Origin: Trichoplax sp. H2
Taxonomy: Eukaryota
DNA: 64,000 nt
Direction: 5' to 3'
Assembly (NCBI GenBank): GCA_003344405.1
Contig: NOWV01000010.1
Span: 434,001 to 498,000 of the forward strand
The number at the start of each line of letters is the position of its first letter. The stretch's first letter is position 1. The notes below the pieces were generated by a model. It saw nothing but the letters and a program-made list of their open reading frames with translations. It was not told where the DNA came from and did no database searches. This document shows positions 51,801 through 64,000 of this stretch, piece after piece. A program made the position numbers and the translations under genes.

Positions 51801-54800
51801 TGAAAATTACATGGAATGTAAAGAAAAATGAAGTAAATTAGTTTTATTTGCCAAATGATATACAGTACAGTGTGGCATCTGTATTTGTGCAATCAAAAGT
51901 AGATTAATAAAGACTTTCATTAGAAATGCACTATTTTCCGTATTTCGCTAACTGTAGCTGAAACGCAATAAATTTCTTAATTAAAGCATAGAATTTAAAG
52001 AACCCATTTTTCAAAGGGGATATACATTCCTTTTCGCTTCTATGTACTATACATAATAGTAAAATTTTAAAGTTAATTACCATTTTTTATCATCAATGAA
52101 AGAAAAGTCAAAAACATATTCAAACACTTAACCACGTAGCAAGTAATCAAAACTTTTACCACAGAAGCCGTATCCTAATTATTAATCGGCAATACTGTGT
52201 CCTAGAGTCTGGCAGCAATCATTTCTCATCAAACGAATATAAGATAATTAGCACTTTGCCATTGTATTGCATGTTATATTAGCGTAAGTTATAGTATCAA
52301 ATAAAATAAATAAAATCAGGTGAAAGCAATTCTATACTCGTATATCTACCGTCGAGGAATGATTCATTTTGTATCTACTAACATCATTAGCATTGGTTGA
52401 TTGATTAATTAAACAACATTAGAGCTTACCTAACCTCTTCCAATGTGGTCGATATCATTACTGAATCATGATTTTTCTTTTATAATCTCATAGAGCGTGA
52501 CAGTAGGTTCTACCTAATAAAATCAATAGCAAAGATGTTGATGAATAGTTCTGCAAAAATTAATAGTGCTATTGATCTTATGTATACAATGTCTGCAGTA
52601 ATGGAATAGCAAGCACATTCTGAATATAGTTGTCATGAAGGCATGATCAATGCTGCTACTATTAATCGTTAAATAATTATGCAATGTTTTCTAGAGCTCA
52701 CGTTGGAAACGCCATAGGCTATCAATCATCCGTATGATGGCATCCTTCTGTTGCTTGAGTTCAGAGATGTCAACTATAGCTAAATTCGTTAGAGACGACG
52801 CAAGAAGTTACTGTAGAGTAAACTTAGTGCTTAGTCTCTAAAAATTAAAAATTAATCGTGTTCCATAAAATTACACTGACAGCAGCAAAGAAAAGATTAT
52901 ATAAAATATATATAATATATGGTCATGCAGAGAAAATCTTTTGTCATACAGTAAATCAAATTATACCTCATACTCTCAATAATCTAACTGTATTTCGATA
53001 GAATATTGGCATACTGCTAGCATAAAGCTTTATGGCAGGACGATAATAATGTAAACCTTGTTAGTTTTAGTGCTAAGGATAATTTGAAAGACCTTAAGTG
53101 ATCAGTATCTTCTGAGCCTTTTTCAAACCCAATACATATAAACATCTTTGAAATTGTGTTAAAGAGTCCGATCAAAAGGTCAAATATTATTATCACTGTT
53201 ACACTTCTAGCGGACATTAGTCTCGTTGCTTGTTCCTCAATATATGTGTGGTCAGATATAGTAGTTTCTAAATAGACGCCCTTGAGGAATTGTTACAGTA
53301 GATAAAATTCTATAATTCTATCATGACATAATCATTAGCAATAAAATTTGGGTTGCAAATAGTAACATCTAAGTCGTCATCAGTAATGAATTTTAAAAGT
53401 AGTGAACAATATTATTTTGCATTTACTGCTACCATAGTGTAAAATTGACAACAATTTTGTGATCCTAACTGTAAATATCTTTGACCAAAAGAAATCTTGA
53501 TTCACTTCCGTAATATTTGTTAAATTTTTTCGCGAATTTCCCATTCGATAACAGAGATTAACAGAAATAATTAATTGCTTTATTATATTCGCAATAGATA
53601 TTATCAAATTCAACGTTAAACTTAAAAACTACTACTACTAAAATTAAATGATCGTGTTGAGGTTTGGTTAATTTCAGAAATATTGCAGTATTAAATGGAA
53701 CTTTTAGCATAATTTATGAAGAAATAAAGTTTGGTATTAGTTGCAATAATTTATATAATGTTGGCAATACTAATACTGTCCTCAAAATCCGTGATTTGAA
53801 TTACCCTAATTGCGACCATTACCGACATTTCACAAGGCCACTGTAATTAAAGCAACTGATGTTAGGTTCTTACTAATAAAGCAATACCGTATCCTAAAAT
53901 GCCTTACAAAAATGATAATTTATCTAGATCATCGTTATCTAACAGGTAGACAGTATACTATTTTATACCGTATTATCCTTGATCTTCTACCGGCAGCTTC
54001 ATGTCGAAATAAATTTAGGTATATTGATAGAATTTTCTCGTAGCATTGTGATCTATTAATTAAGATAGAACAGTGACTGAAGTCAGACTGAATCCTTTCC
54101 TTCTTATCACAATCAGTTTTTATAACACAATTATCTTTAAACTTATTCCATGGCAGTACATTGAGTGTTTAAGCTGTATTATTATTTGAATTCTCAGTTG
54201 ACTCGTCTTATAAAAGTCGTGAATTCTGTCTCTATTTAAAATTAAAATCTCTTGGTAGCTTCAAAAATCTGAGCGACATAGCAATTATGTAAACCATTTT
54301 ATTGTACTTTGCGGTCTATGATATTTTTTGATGGCATGAGGGTAGTTGATTGCTGCTGTTGCTAGAATATTGTTTATCTATAGCATTTAATCGATATATT
54401 TTCCAATGGATATTGAATTTAATATTACTCCATGCTGATTTTACAGCATAAGTCCAATTGTATCAAATTCTCGCCAAGGACGCATAAATCGAATCAATAA
54501 TTCTTAAAGTAATGAATTTAAAATTTATAGTGTATAATATCAAATGTTACGGTCACTTCTCTAGTCCATACATTTAAATTAACTGAGAATTTCATTTTAA
54601 AAAAATTTAATAGATTTGATTACTTAAAAGCGAAGTGAAAGAAAGCTTTAGGGTATTCAATCACATTGAAAAAATTATAGAGAAAAAAATATTATGTAAT
54701 TCCTTTTAAAATATGATTTGAAAAGAGATGTGGGATATAATATGGCAGGGTCTATTGTAGCAGAAAGCCCAATAAAGCGTTCGTTTAATAAACAGTTCAC

Positions 54801-57800
54801 CTGCTAATAGCAAGAAATTTCCATTTAGGGCATAATGCAAGACATATGTTCTTATATTTTAAAATGAATAATAAAATACGATCGAGTAGATGTAAAGATG
54901 AAATAGTCGTTAAATAGCGAAAGCATCGACATCACAGGGAAGACAAGCTATTTAAATTGTAAGCTAGTTATAAGATTAAATTTGTTATCATTGATATCAA
55001 AATTATCCAATTATCCAATATTTGTTGTGTAAGAGCAACAAATACTGCTCTTAACTTTAGACTTTATTGCTATATTGCTTTATATGAACATCGATTTATT
55101 CTGTACTTTGAACTATTGAATGGCAATAACGATCAAATGAATTACTTTCAGTACGATAAACTTTTGATCGATATCGACAAACGTTAGTCATTACTATTGG
55201 CCTTAGCTTGACTATCTTACCCTACTTTGATCATCTCCTGAACATTGCCAGACACGTTCTCACAGCATCATGGTTGCCAGTAATCATTTGATCTGTGCGA
55301 TGGTGTCGGCAAAATTCAAACAATCATATGGTAGTGTAAAACGATTCAAACAAGGTCTACTATAAGTTTATACTAATGCTAGTAGCGCATATAAGGCAAC
55401 CAAATATATCGATTTATTTTCCATCCTGGTGATTGATGAATGAAAATGATACAAATAAATTCATAGCACGTAAGTGCATATATAATCTTTTGTTCGAATT
55501 TTTAAAACCATGCAGGTCATTTAATCAATCAATTGCCTAAATTTTGATAAAAATAAGAGAAAAGTAACTCTGCCAATTGCGAAATATAATGGATATCTGA
55601 TTGAATTATTTTATATACAAGTATATGAATATCTTAATGAGTTTACTAGTCTTTGTTAAATTTGACATTATCAGGGCAGCTATAATCATTGGTGAATTAT
55701 TAATTTGATGATTCATCCATTGTAAACTACTACTGCGTAGTAACTGATTAATATTTCTGAATTATTAATTTATCCTGCATGATCATGCCACGGAATTAAC
55801 CATGGGACAAATGAATGTTACCACTAGGACAGTTTTACCCTCGTGTATCGATATCATCTTATTTACTTCCAATAACTCTGTATAAATACCGTACTGAAAA
55901 GAAATGATATTATCTCAATTTCTGTTAGTACGCACGATGCAATATTTTTAAAGTTGCATAATAAAGAAGAAAACTGAAACATTAATGTTATATTAATCGA
56001 TAATGTTGACAGAATTAGTCATCGTTAATGTTTTATCATGTTAATCCATGATCGATTGACTGATTGCATAAAAATTGATCTTAAAGATTAAGTGGGTGGG
56101 TAGTAAATCAACAGTTGAACAATAGCGATGGAATGAGAGGTAAGTGTCTATCAACCTCAGCCTAATACTAATAATCCCACATTAATAAGAAAGACAATTC
56201 TTAACTTATGATATCATTCTTATTTTTATTGATTACTTAGTTGCAACATAATGAAAAATTATATTATTACTACTATAGCTAGAAGGATGATGCCATCTGC
56301 TATATAATTACTTAACTAATCTCAAAGACACTTCTACCGCTAGGTAACAGTATTTCTGTGATATCGATCCTATGCTGATAGGAGTGTATTCAATTATTAT
56401 ATCAATTTAGGATTAAAAATATACAAAAGAGTAATCAAACCTAAATATCACTAAGAAAAAGAATTTCCTAACGATCCATGTGCCAAATAAGATTGTCTAT
56501 AGAAACAGCTTATTATAAGCGCTTACTTTGTGATAACACGGTATTTCAGTATGATATGTACTTTTAATATTCGTATATGCCGCTGCGATACAAGAATAAA
56601 TGGCATTTTCACCTATCAACTCCTTAAAGCTACCGCACTAGTCCATAATATACATATAGTAAAAGCACGCGATAGATTAATGGCTATTTAGATGCAAGAA
56701 AGGTTCATTTCTCACGATAAGTACGTACAATAAATGGAAATGTAAACTCATTGAGGTCATAACAACACAAAATCAGAGCTTAACAATTCGTCTCCATAGT
56801 ATGTTCAGGTTTACTGTCCAATTGATTTAATCATCGTTAAATTACACCCCTATCCTTCTAGAATTTATCATAGGGCAATTAATCAATTATGATTTCCTGT
56901 AACGTAATTGTGTACAATCTTTTATTGCTACTATCAAAACAAAGTGGCAGAGAACAACAGCCGACTACTCTATGCCATAGATAAATTACAATTAATAAAA
57001 TAATAAGTAGAATAGATGTATCCGATTTAATAGAATTGCCAATCAGAAAAGCAGAGCTAATACACAACGAAATTTATTATTATTTACTCTGATGTTTTGA
57101 AATGATAAATATGTGGTAATGTTTAAAAAATGATGATCTAGTTCAATACTAAGGTATCCTTTTATGCAAAACATTTGATTGTTATCGAATAAATCAATCA
57201 TGCAATCGATGATTCATGCTAACAATTTGTTATGTAATTGCACTCTGATAGCAACAATTAAATGATATAGGCATATGACTTGCGAATTAATGGAATTTTT
57301 TCAAGTTTTTCTTTGCTACTTTGATGTTAAAGTCAAAAGAAGGGAAATTATCTTTGTTAAATGTCAATTAAAGCTGATTAAGTTCATAATTAACATTTTT
57401 AGTATGAATAAATTGATTTAATTTAATTCGATCGTAAAAGGCCTCAAATTAAAATACTAGCGATCACACAAATCCACTGCTAAATCTAATGTATCATCAT
57501 TTGAAATCAGTCATGACAGAAAACCTAGTTTTTACGTGATTCACTGTATTTCGTGTTGTATCTAAGGGACCTAGAAGTCCATGTTATGAATCATATCATG
57601 GATAGCTATATTATCGTAGTTGCACTATCAAATTATGAATACGTGAATTGCCTATGTCTCGCTATCCATATTTTAGAATAGCCAACATATTTACAACTAA
57701 TACTAACTGGTAATACAAATAAAAATAATATTAGGTGGTTTTCGAATGTATCTCAAGAAAATAAATCTATTGAAGGTGCTAAAGAAATAACAAGAAATCA

Positions 57801-60800
57801 AAATATCATCATTTTTAATTTCTAGCCTAACAGTTTCAGAAAATGGCAGGCATAGTTTCAAAGTTTAATATTTTGATTAGTATAATTATTGTATTATTGA
57901 TAGTTTGTATGCTAAAAATAAGTTTGGCAAACAGATTAAGGAACAATATTCAAATCTATGTCAATAACATGTATTCTTGCAACTGTATACAACAATCTTA
58001 TTGACGTATTAATCATCACATTGATTTTTGAAATTGCCGGTATCAGAATAATCCGTTTAATTTTGTTTCTATTATGCAATTTATTCCAAATTCAGTAATT
58101 AAAATACTAGCTTAAACTTTACGCTCTAAGATCTACCAAGGAATTGTTCAGGGAAATAGCCTTGGATATACTTCTAATTATCAATAAAAAAAAATACGAC
58201 ATTAAACTTTCAAATAATTGTTATTATGAGCGTTCTGAAATATTGTTCAGGTTGTTTTATATTACTCATTAATGTTCAGTCTGTTAAGAAGTAGGTATTA
58301 TTATTATAAGTAATAGCTCAATAAAGGAATCAACTTTTGTTTTAAAAAGCTACTTCCATTCTATTATATTCAAAGTGGATAGTAAAGGATCGGAACAGGA
58401 AGTAAAAGTCGACTTTTGATACACCTCAAGATTTATACCCACCCTCTGATAAATAGAAGAATGGGAAGCTTAAAAGAGGAAGAATTTAACCTGGATAATT
58501 CAGGCGCCTGGTACTATTTAAAGATATTTGATGTGAATAAACTGATCAAGTGATCATTCTATCACATTATTGTAAAGGTAGTTTTATTCAATGGCAACAA
58601 TTCATATTTTTATCGTCAAAGAGCCCTTTAATAAATATGATTATTGTCTTTATCTTTTGCAGCATGGTAGCTGAAGGATATCTTTTCGAGCCTGTAAAAA
58701 TAACATCCGAATGCCAGCCTAATCAGATTGTAATGAAGTTTAAAAAGTTCCGCATTATAGAATAAATTGGTTATCAGGATAGTAGTTTCGTAGTGTCATA
58801 GATACAAAGGTTACTACATAAATTTTAAAAAGTAAATTAAAATGAAATATGACTGGTGTTGATAAGGTAGATATATCGAATTAGTAGAACAGCCAAGTGC
58901 TAAAGTTATCTAATGTTAATGATATTTCATTAATTAATCAAAAATTGTTCAAATCCTGCTACGCATATAACTACTATCCATTTGATGTATTTTAGTCCAC
59001 TTTATTGGTCTATGCAGTATCATTTATATCATGCAATATGCCAATCATGCAGTTAATTAATTAATCATTATGTAATACAACTGTTGGATGAATCACTGTT
59101 TGTATTTCGTTTTAAATTTAGATATTTTTAAATATATCTAGAAAACTTTTGATGCCTTATAAAAAGACGTCATCTACCGATATGAGGGTTAATAAAGGAG
59201 TAAGCTGAAGTCGTAACACCAAAATAATAATTAAAATAATGGTAAATGGTAACTTTACAACTTCATTTTATATCTACGTATGTTGATTGAATATTTTAAA
59301 TTTTTAAATATTAGATTATTCCCCAAAATTAAATGGCCTTGTTTGTCTTTACTATACAAGAATATGTGACTCATCGCATTTTTATCTTTTCTTATATGTT
59401 AGAATTTATGACCATTTCTACCAAATAAGAATTCAAACGATTTATGAAAGTTGCACTTATTATGACAATTCAGATTACGGTACCATTAGCAATTCTTATT
59501 TTCGCAACTTTATCTACTGTTCACATTATAGCACGCACCTAAAATAAATATCTAAATCCATTATGCTAAATATAAAGCAATGGAGTTAGAATTACATAAC
59601 ACATTATGAATAGCTAGCGCTAATATATCTTATCGAATTTCATTTAATGAAAGCAGTTAAAGCTCCCAGTCAATTAAACAATGTAGTATAAACATTTTAA
59701 ATATTACCTATTTCAGAAGATTGAAATAGGAAAAGCTTTATTTAGATGGAAGAATTTTACACTTATTGCTTCAATATTAATCCTTATTCTGACTACTGCA
59801 TAGACATGCCAAGAAGATCATAATATTTTCTATATATAATTTAATGCAAAGGTCTTTTTAAAGATCTTCTGATCTTTAATTTTTATCCACGTGTAAATTG
59901 AACCCTAACCTCTCTCCATTAGTATCATATTTCTATAAGCAGTAAATTGAGAGTTTACTTTCGTTATAAAATAACCATGTAATGAAAAACCTTAATTAAT
60001 CGCACGAAAGATTAATTTTTTATGAAATTTAGACTAGACTCATAATCAATAATCAATTAAATATATTTAATAATTCTAGACGTTAATATCTGTCTGGGAT
60101 AAAATAATGATGAAATACGAAATAAACAATCCTACTGTATAGGGTATAGAAGGTATGTAGTATGAGTCATAGATATCTAATACCTATAGACGGTATCACG
60201 TTTAAGATGCTATAGTAATAAGTAAATTATATATAAGTGATGGCATTCTTACTGGTTATATCACTAGCTTCGAGGTAAATTGCCATCGAGATAGTATTTT
60301 TCCATCCATATTAATCATGTCTTCTGCTGTGTCACTGTATGATATATATATATTTTACTTTCATAAAAAATGAAGTCGCCAACATTGAATAGTTAGTTAT
60401 CATACCTAAGTACTGTAGTAATAATGCAACGTATAGATGATCAAACGATAGCTACAGTAACTGTCATCATCAACTCCAATTGTATGCCCTAGTATGTAAT
60501 ATATTGGATTTTTGAAATTTTTTAACGCCAAATATACTGTAGAGTCATCAATATTTTAATAATTATTACTAATATTAAATTATTGCTAATTTATCGTTAA
60601 GTAATTGTAGGCGATGGCTGCAATTAAATGATAGCATTCAATTGAATATATTAGGTCATCCTAAATTGAATTTAATATTATCTGAAACTATTGTGATTAT
60701 GCAGACGACGCCACCTTATCAGTAAAAAGATAATAATGCTAATAGGTTTGAAGGAGGAAATAATAATCTAGATCAAAAATATATATGCCCACGCTTTAAG

Positions 60801-62867
60801 GTAAAAGAAGATAGCACTGTAGCATAAGCGCCCAACTGTCAAAATTATTTTCATCAATTATCTGCAATAAGATGATTAATCATCATCAATGTTAATAATT
60901 ACAAATGCAAAGATGATTAAGAAACAAACTTAATTTGACATAACTGTTGTTACACCAACGTAATCCGTTGTCAGTCATGGTGGCCTATCATTACTGGTAT
61001 ATATAGACTACTGAAGCTGATATAGTTGATAATAGAATAACGAATTCAGAATTGATCTTCAAATTAGCCCCTCCTATCAATAAATCGACCTATATAATCA
61101 TGTTTGTTTTACTATATTTTCCTTATATTTTATTGACATATAATCCCCAACTAAGTACGCCATGGAGTTGATTATATTATTAGTAGGGCGGTAAGAACAC
61201 AGAAGATACAGCTCATCCAATCAAATGTGCTCTGCATAAAGTGTGACTGCACATTTTCTCAATATTTTCTAGTTGATGTAACGTTATCTTCCAACTTAGT
61301 CTACCAAAACAACATCTTTTAGTGTCTTGATTTGATAAGAAATGAACAACTCGACCTCACCAATGGAATAAAATTTAATACGTGAGGAAGTAAAAACAGA
61401 TGATAGAAGATTGGCAGATTACTTACTATCTCGACCCATTACTTTTTCGTACACGTACCACCTGTCTCCTTATTCTCATGACCTCAGAGTAGTTATCTTA
61501 TTGTTTCCAGCCTTATCACATGCAATTTAATAAATAAAATAGTATTGATGGCTGTCTTTAATGTAGATAAAGTGAGACAACAAAAATCTACTTAAGTAGT
61601 AAGAGTTGATTAATCAAATGCTAAACACCCAGGTAATCACATGCGCTGAAATCCGTCAGGTCTAAAGTACTGTAGTGTATGCACACATACGACGGAGTTA
61701 AAGTTGACACACCTCCTGTCCTACCTTGAAAAGAATAAGGTATAAACGATGCATAATAGTACCTAACTGTAAATTAACTCCCCTCCTTTCTCGTCATGAA
61801 CTTACTGGCATTATTTAAACTGACAGATACAGTTTGCGATATATTTTCTAGCCTGTCTGGATTTTATGATAAGCAAGGGAGTTAATTGCTCTTGATTGAT
61901 ATTGTATCTCCCCCCTGCAGTGTCTACATGCTTGAATAATACAAGTTGACCAATGATGATGACATCGATCTAGATCTGATTGAGACAATTTTTTGTCGCT
62001 TCTGACTCTTTGACGTAACCGTATCAGTCATAGTGATTTAATTAATGTTTTAAGTAGGTAGACAGATGCATTCGAATAAAAAGCTTAATATTTTATTGCG
62101 CGGATGAGACAGCAATAATAATAAATAATATAATCAATTCATCATTTTAGTTATCGTCGATTGTTCTATTTTCACTAAATTGTTAACTGTTGTGTCGCTA
62201 GCCCTGGCTGGAGTACCGTAATAACAAGTTATTTTTTAACTCTTTTCCAATAATATGATACCAATATAGTAGCATTTTAATCCTGTCAATGCGCTATTAA
62301 TCATATCCTATCAACATCATTTTAAACAATTTCTTCAATTAATTCTAAATTACTATACTACTACTAGATAGTTAAAAAATATTTTTAATATAGCTTTTGC
62401 ATTGATTCTCCATAATGGAAAATGAATTGAAGATCCTATGGCTGTCATGTAATATACGTTATCGAGGATAGATTAAAAAAAAGTGAATAGAGATTGGCTG
62501 AAAAATGAATTCTTTGATGAAAAGTATTTTTCCACTAATTGACTGTACATCGATTATTGATGTCTGCAAAATTTTAACTTAGCTGTTAATAGTGTCGGTT
62601 GATAACGATCGAGGTTAAGATAGTCAATATTTCAACATAGATATTAAAGTCTATGCTTCATCATTGAAGTTTGTATTAGCTCAACATTTAATAATTGCAT
62701 TGTTAATAAAGGTTGGAATATTGATTATTTTAATAATATCATCTCATTTAACTATCAATAGAATAAAATAGTGCTAAAAGAATAGACAACACTGCAAGAA
62801 TCTATAGTAAATTCCATTGTTTTCATCGACAATAAACCTAACACAAACACAAGCTTATCACCAGCCG

Positions 62868-62886
62868 TGACTCAAAGTCTATATAA
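62868..62886 (+). promoter_or_regulatory. Candidate core promoter of the TGF-beta ligand gene (AP-1 site plus TATA box)
   Basis: TGACTCA at 62868-62874 is adjacent to TATATAA at 62880-62886 and is followed by a pyrimidine-rich leader of about 560 bp before the ATG. Confidence 0.4.
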
Positions 62887-63450
62887 GCAGATGACATCGT
62901 GCTAATTAGCTCAACTTGCAAGTTTACACAGCATTGGATGAAGTCATTGCTTGATTTAGTCAGTCTTACACTATCAAGAACTTCCATTACAAGCCACTAC
63001 CTAGAAGATAATTCTCATCGTACAGGCAAGGCAAACATTTTATAACTAATACTACTTCCTCAACATAGCCCCATTCCATTAAATCGATTTGGCCCATTTT
63101 CCACGCTCATCTTGAAGACTTTTCCTTCTACTTTCATCTCAGCTATCATTTTTTTCTCCCTTGATCGTTTTTATCCAATTTGAAAAAGTACTGAATTAGA
63201 AAATCGTCTTCATAATCTAAGTTTTTTTTCCTTTGGTTACTTCCTCCTCAAATCTTCAAATTTGTGCGTGTGTGTTAGTGCGCGCTTGTTGCATCCAAAT
63301 TCCTTTTTATTTCTATACCTAAACTTGTTGACAACACCTTACTAAGCATTTCAAAAGATATAAACTATCCCGTCAAATAGCGTTTTTTCTCCTGCTTTTA
63401 TATAAGTCTATTCATATTGGTTGACTCTTGATCCCTTTGATTTCGTGCCG

Positions 63451-63940
63451 ATGATGGTAGAAAAAATGCCTTTTACCGCTTATGTTGTCTTAGCCATGAC
63501 GATAGTCTGGGCTACCACCTGTAACCATGTTGCCTTGTCGGCTTCGGTCAGAAATAATATACCTAAAGCTGGCGACAAGAACGCTCTTGGTGGTAAACTT
63601 GCAAATATGCCATTATTTCGTACATTGGATACTGATAACAGTGAAACTACCACAGATCAAAAAGATAAAACTGATGCAAAGGACGATGACAGCCTCCTTT
63701 CAGATCTTAGCAAAATCAATGTAACGCAATTTCGTATCGATAGAATTAAAGCTAAGATTCTACGTAAAATACGCTTAACGGAACCTCCCAAAGTTGGTGA
63801 CGACTTACGTGATCGGGTAGTACCGAAACAAATTTTTAATTTAAACTATCAAGTTGAAGAGTCTCGTCACGATCCTGAAAATATGGATGAAACTGAATTC
63901 TACGGCAAAACAACTCAATTATTCGTTTTTGGTGAACACG
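63451..63940 (+). CDS. Exon 1 of a TGF-beta superfamily ligand, myostatin/GDF11/activin-like prodomain (gene continues beyond the window)
   Basis: Hydrophobic signal peptide (MPFTAYVVLAMTIVWATTC), then FRIDRIKAKILRKIRLTEPP (compare myostatin RIEAIKIQILSKLRLETAP) and DETEFYGKTTQLFVFGEH (compare DDDYHATTETIITMPTE), ending at a phase-1 GTAAG donor. Absent from the ORF track because there is no in-frame stop before the window end. Confidence 0.88.
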
Positions 63941-64000
63941 GTAAGCCAAAAAATGATTTACGAGCATTTTTATACGCGTTACTTTCATTACTTATAGCTT

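Noticed and set aside
42877..58765. Short 60-77 aa ORFs in the gene desert
   Set aside because: Ile/Leu/Phe/Lys-biased composition typical of random AT-rich DNA, no domain similarity, and no consistent splice chain.
59901..59910. AACCCTAACC as a telomerase RNA template
   Set aside because: A 10-nt match is plausible by chance in 64 kb, and no pseudoknot or H/ACA context is visible.

Overview
AT-rich, intron-containing animal genomic DNA, most consistent with a placozoan (Trichoplax-like); the species call is inference from composition, intron sizes and protein divergence. Splicing the sequence by hand gives eight protein-coding genes, several largely or wholly missed by the ORF track. In order: two tandem secreted pancreatic-lipase-family genes (+, 1201-5406 and 10901-14824), a 12-exon Wntless/WLS gene (-, about 19575-28775) containing a probable U12 minor-class intron, NDUFA7 (-), TMEM59 (+), ATPAF1 (-), an intronless RNF180-like E3 ligase (+), and, after about 20 kb with no recognisable coding sequence, exon 1 of a myostatin/GDF11/activin-type TGF-beta ligand that runs off the window. 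Non-genic features are a solo LTR (TG...CA, 5-bp target-site duplication) whose empty site survives in an adjacent tandem duplicate, an inverted truncated second copy of it, a TTAA-flanked foldback MITE, a 111-120 bp intronic tandem repeat, TACAGTAC-rich tracts at both head-to-head promoters, and two haplotype duplications straddling N gaps. The most interesting biology is the lipase pair: one paralog has a PLA1-type short lid and short beta9 loop, the other has triglyceride-lipase-length loops, and neither has the PLAT domain.
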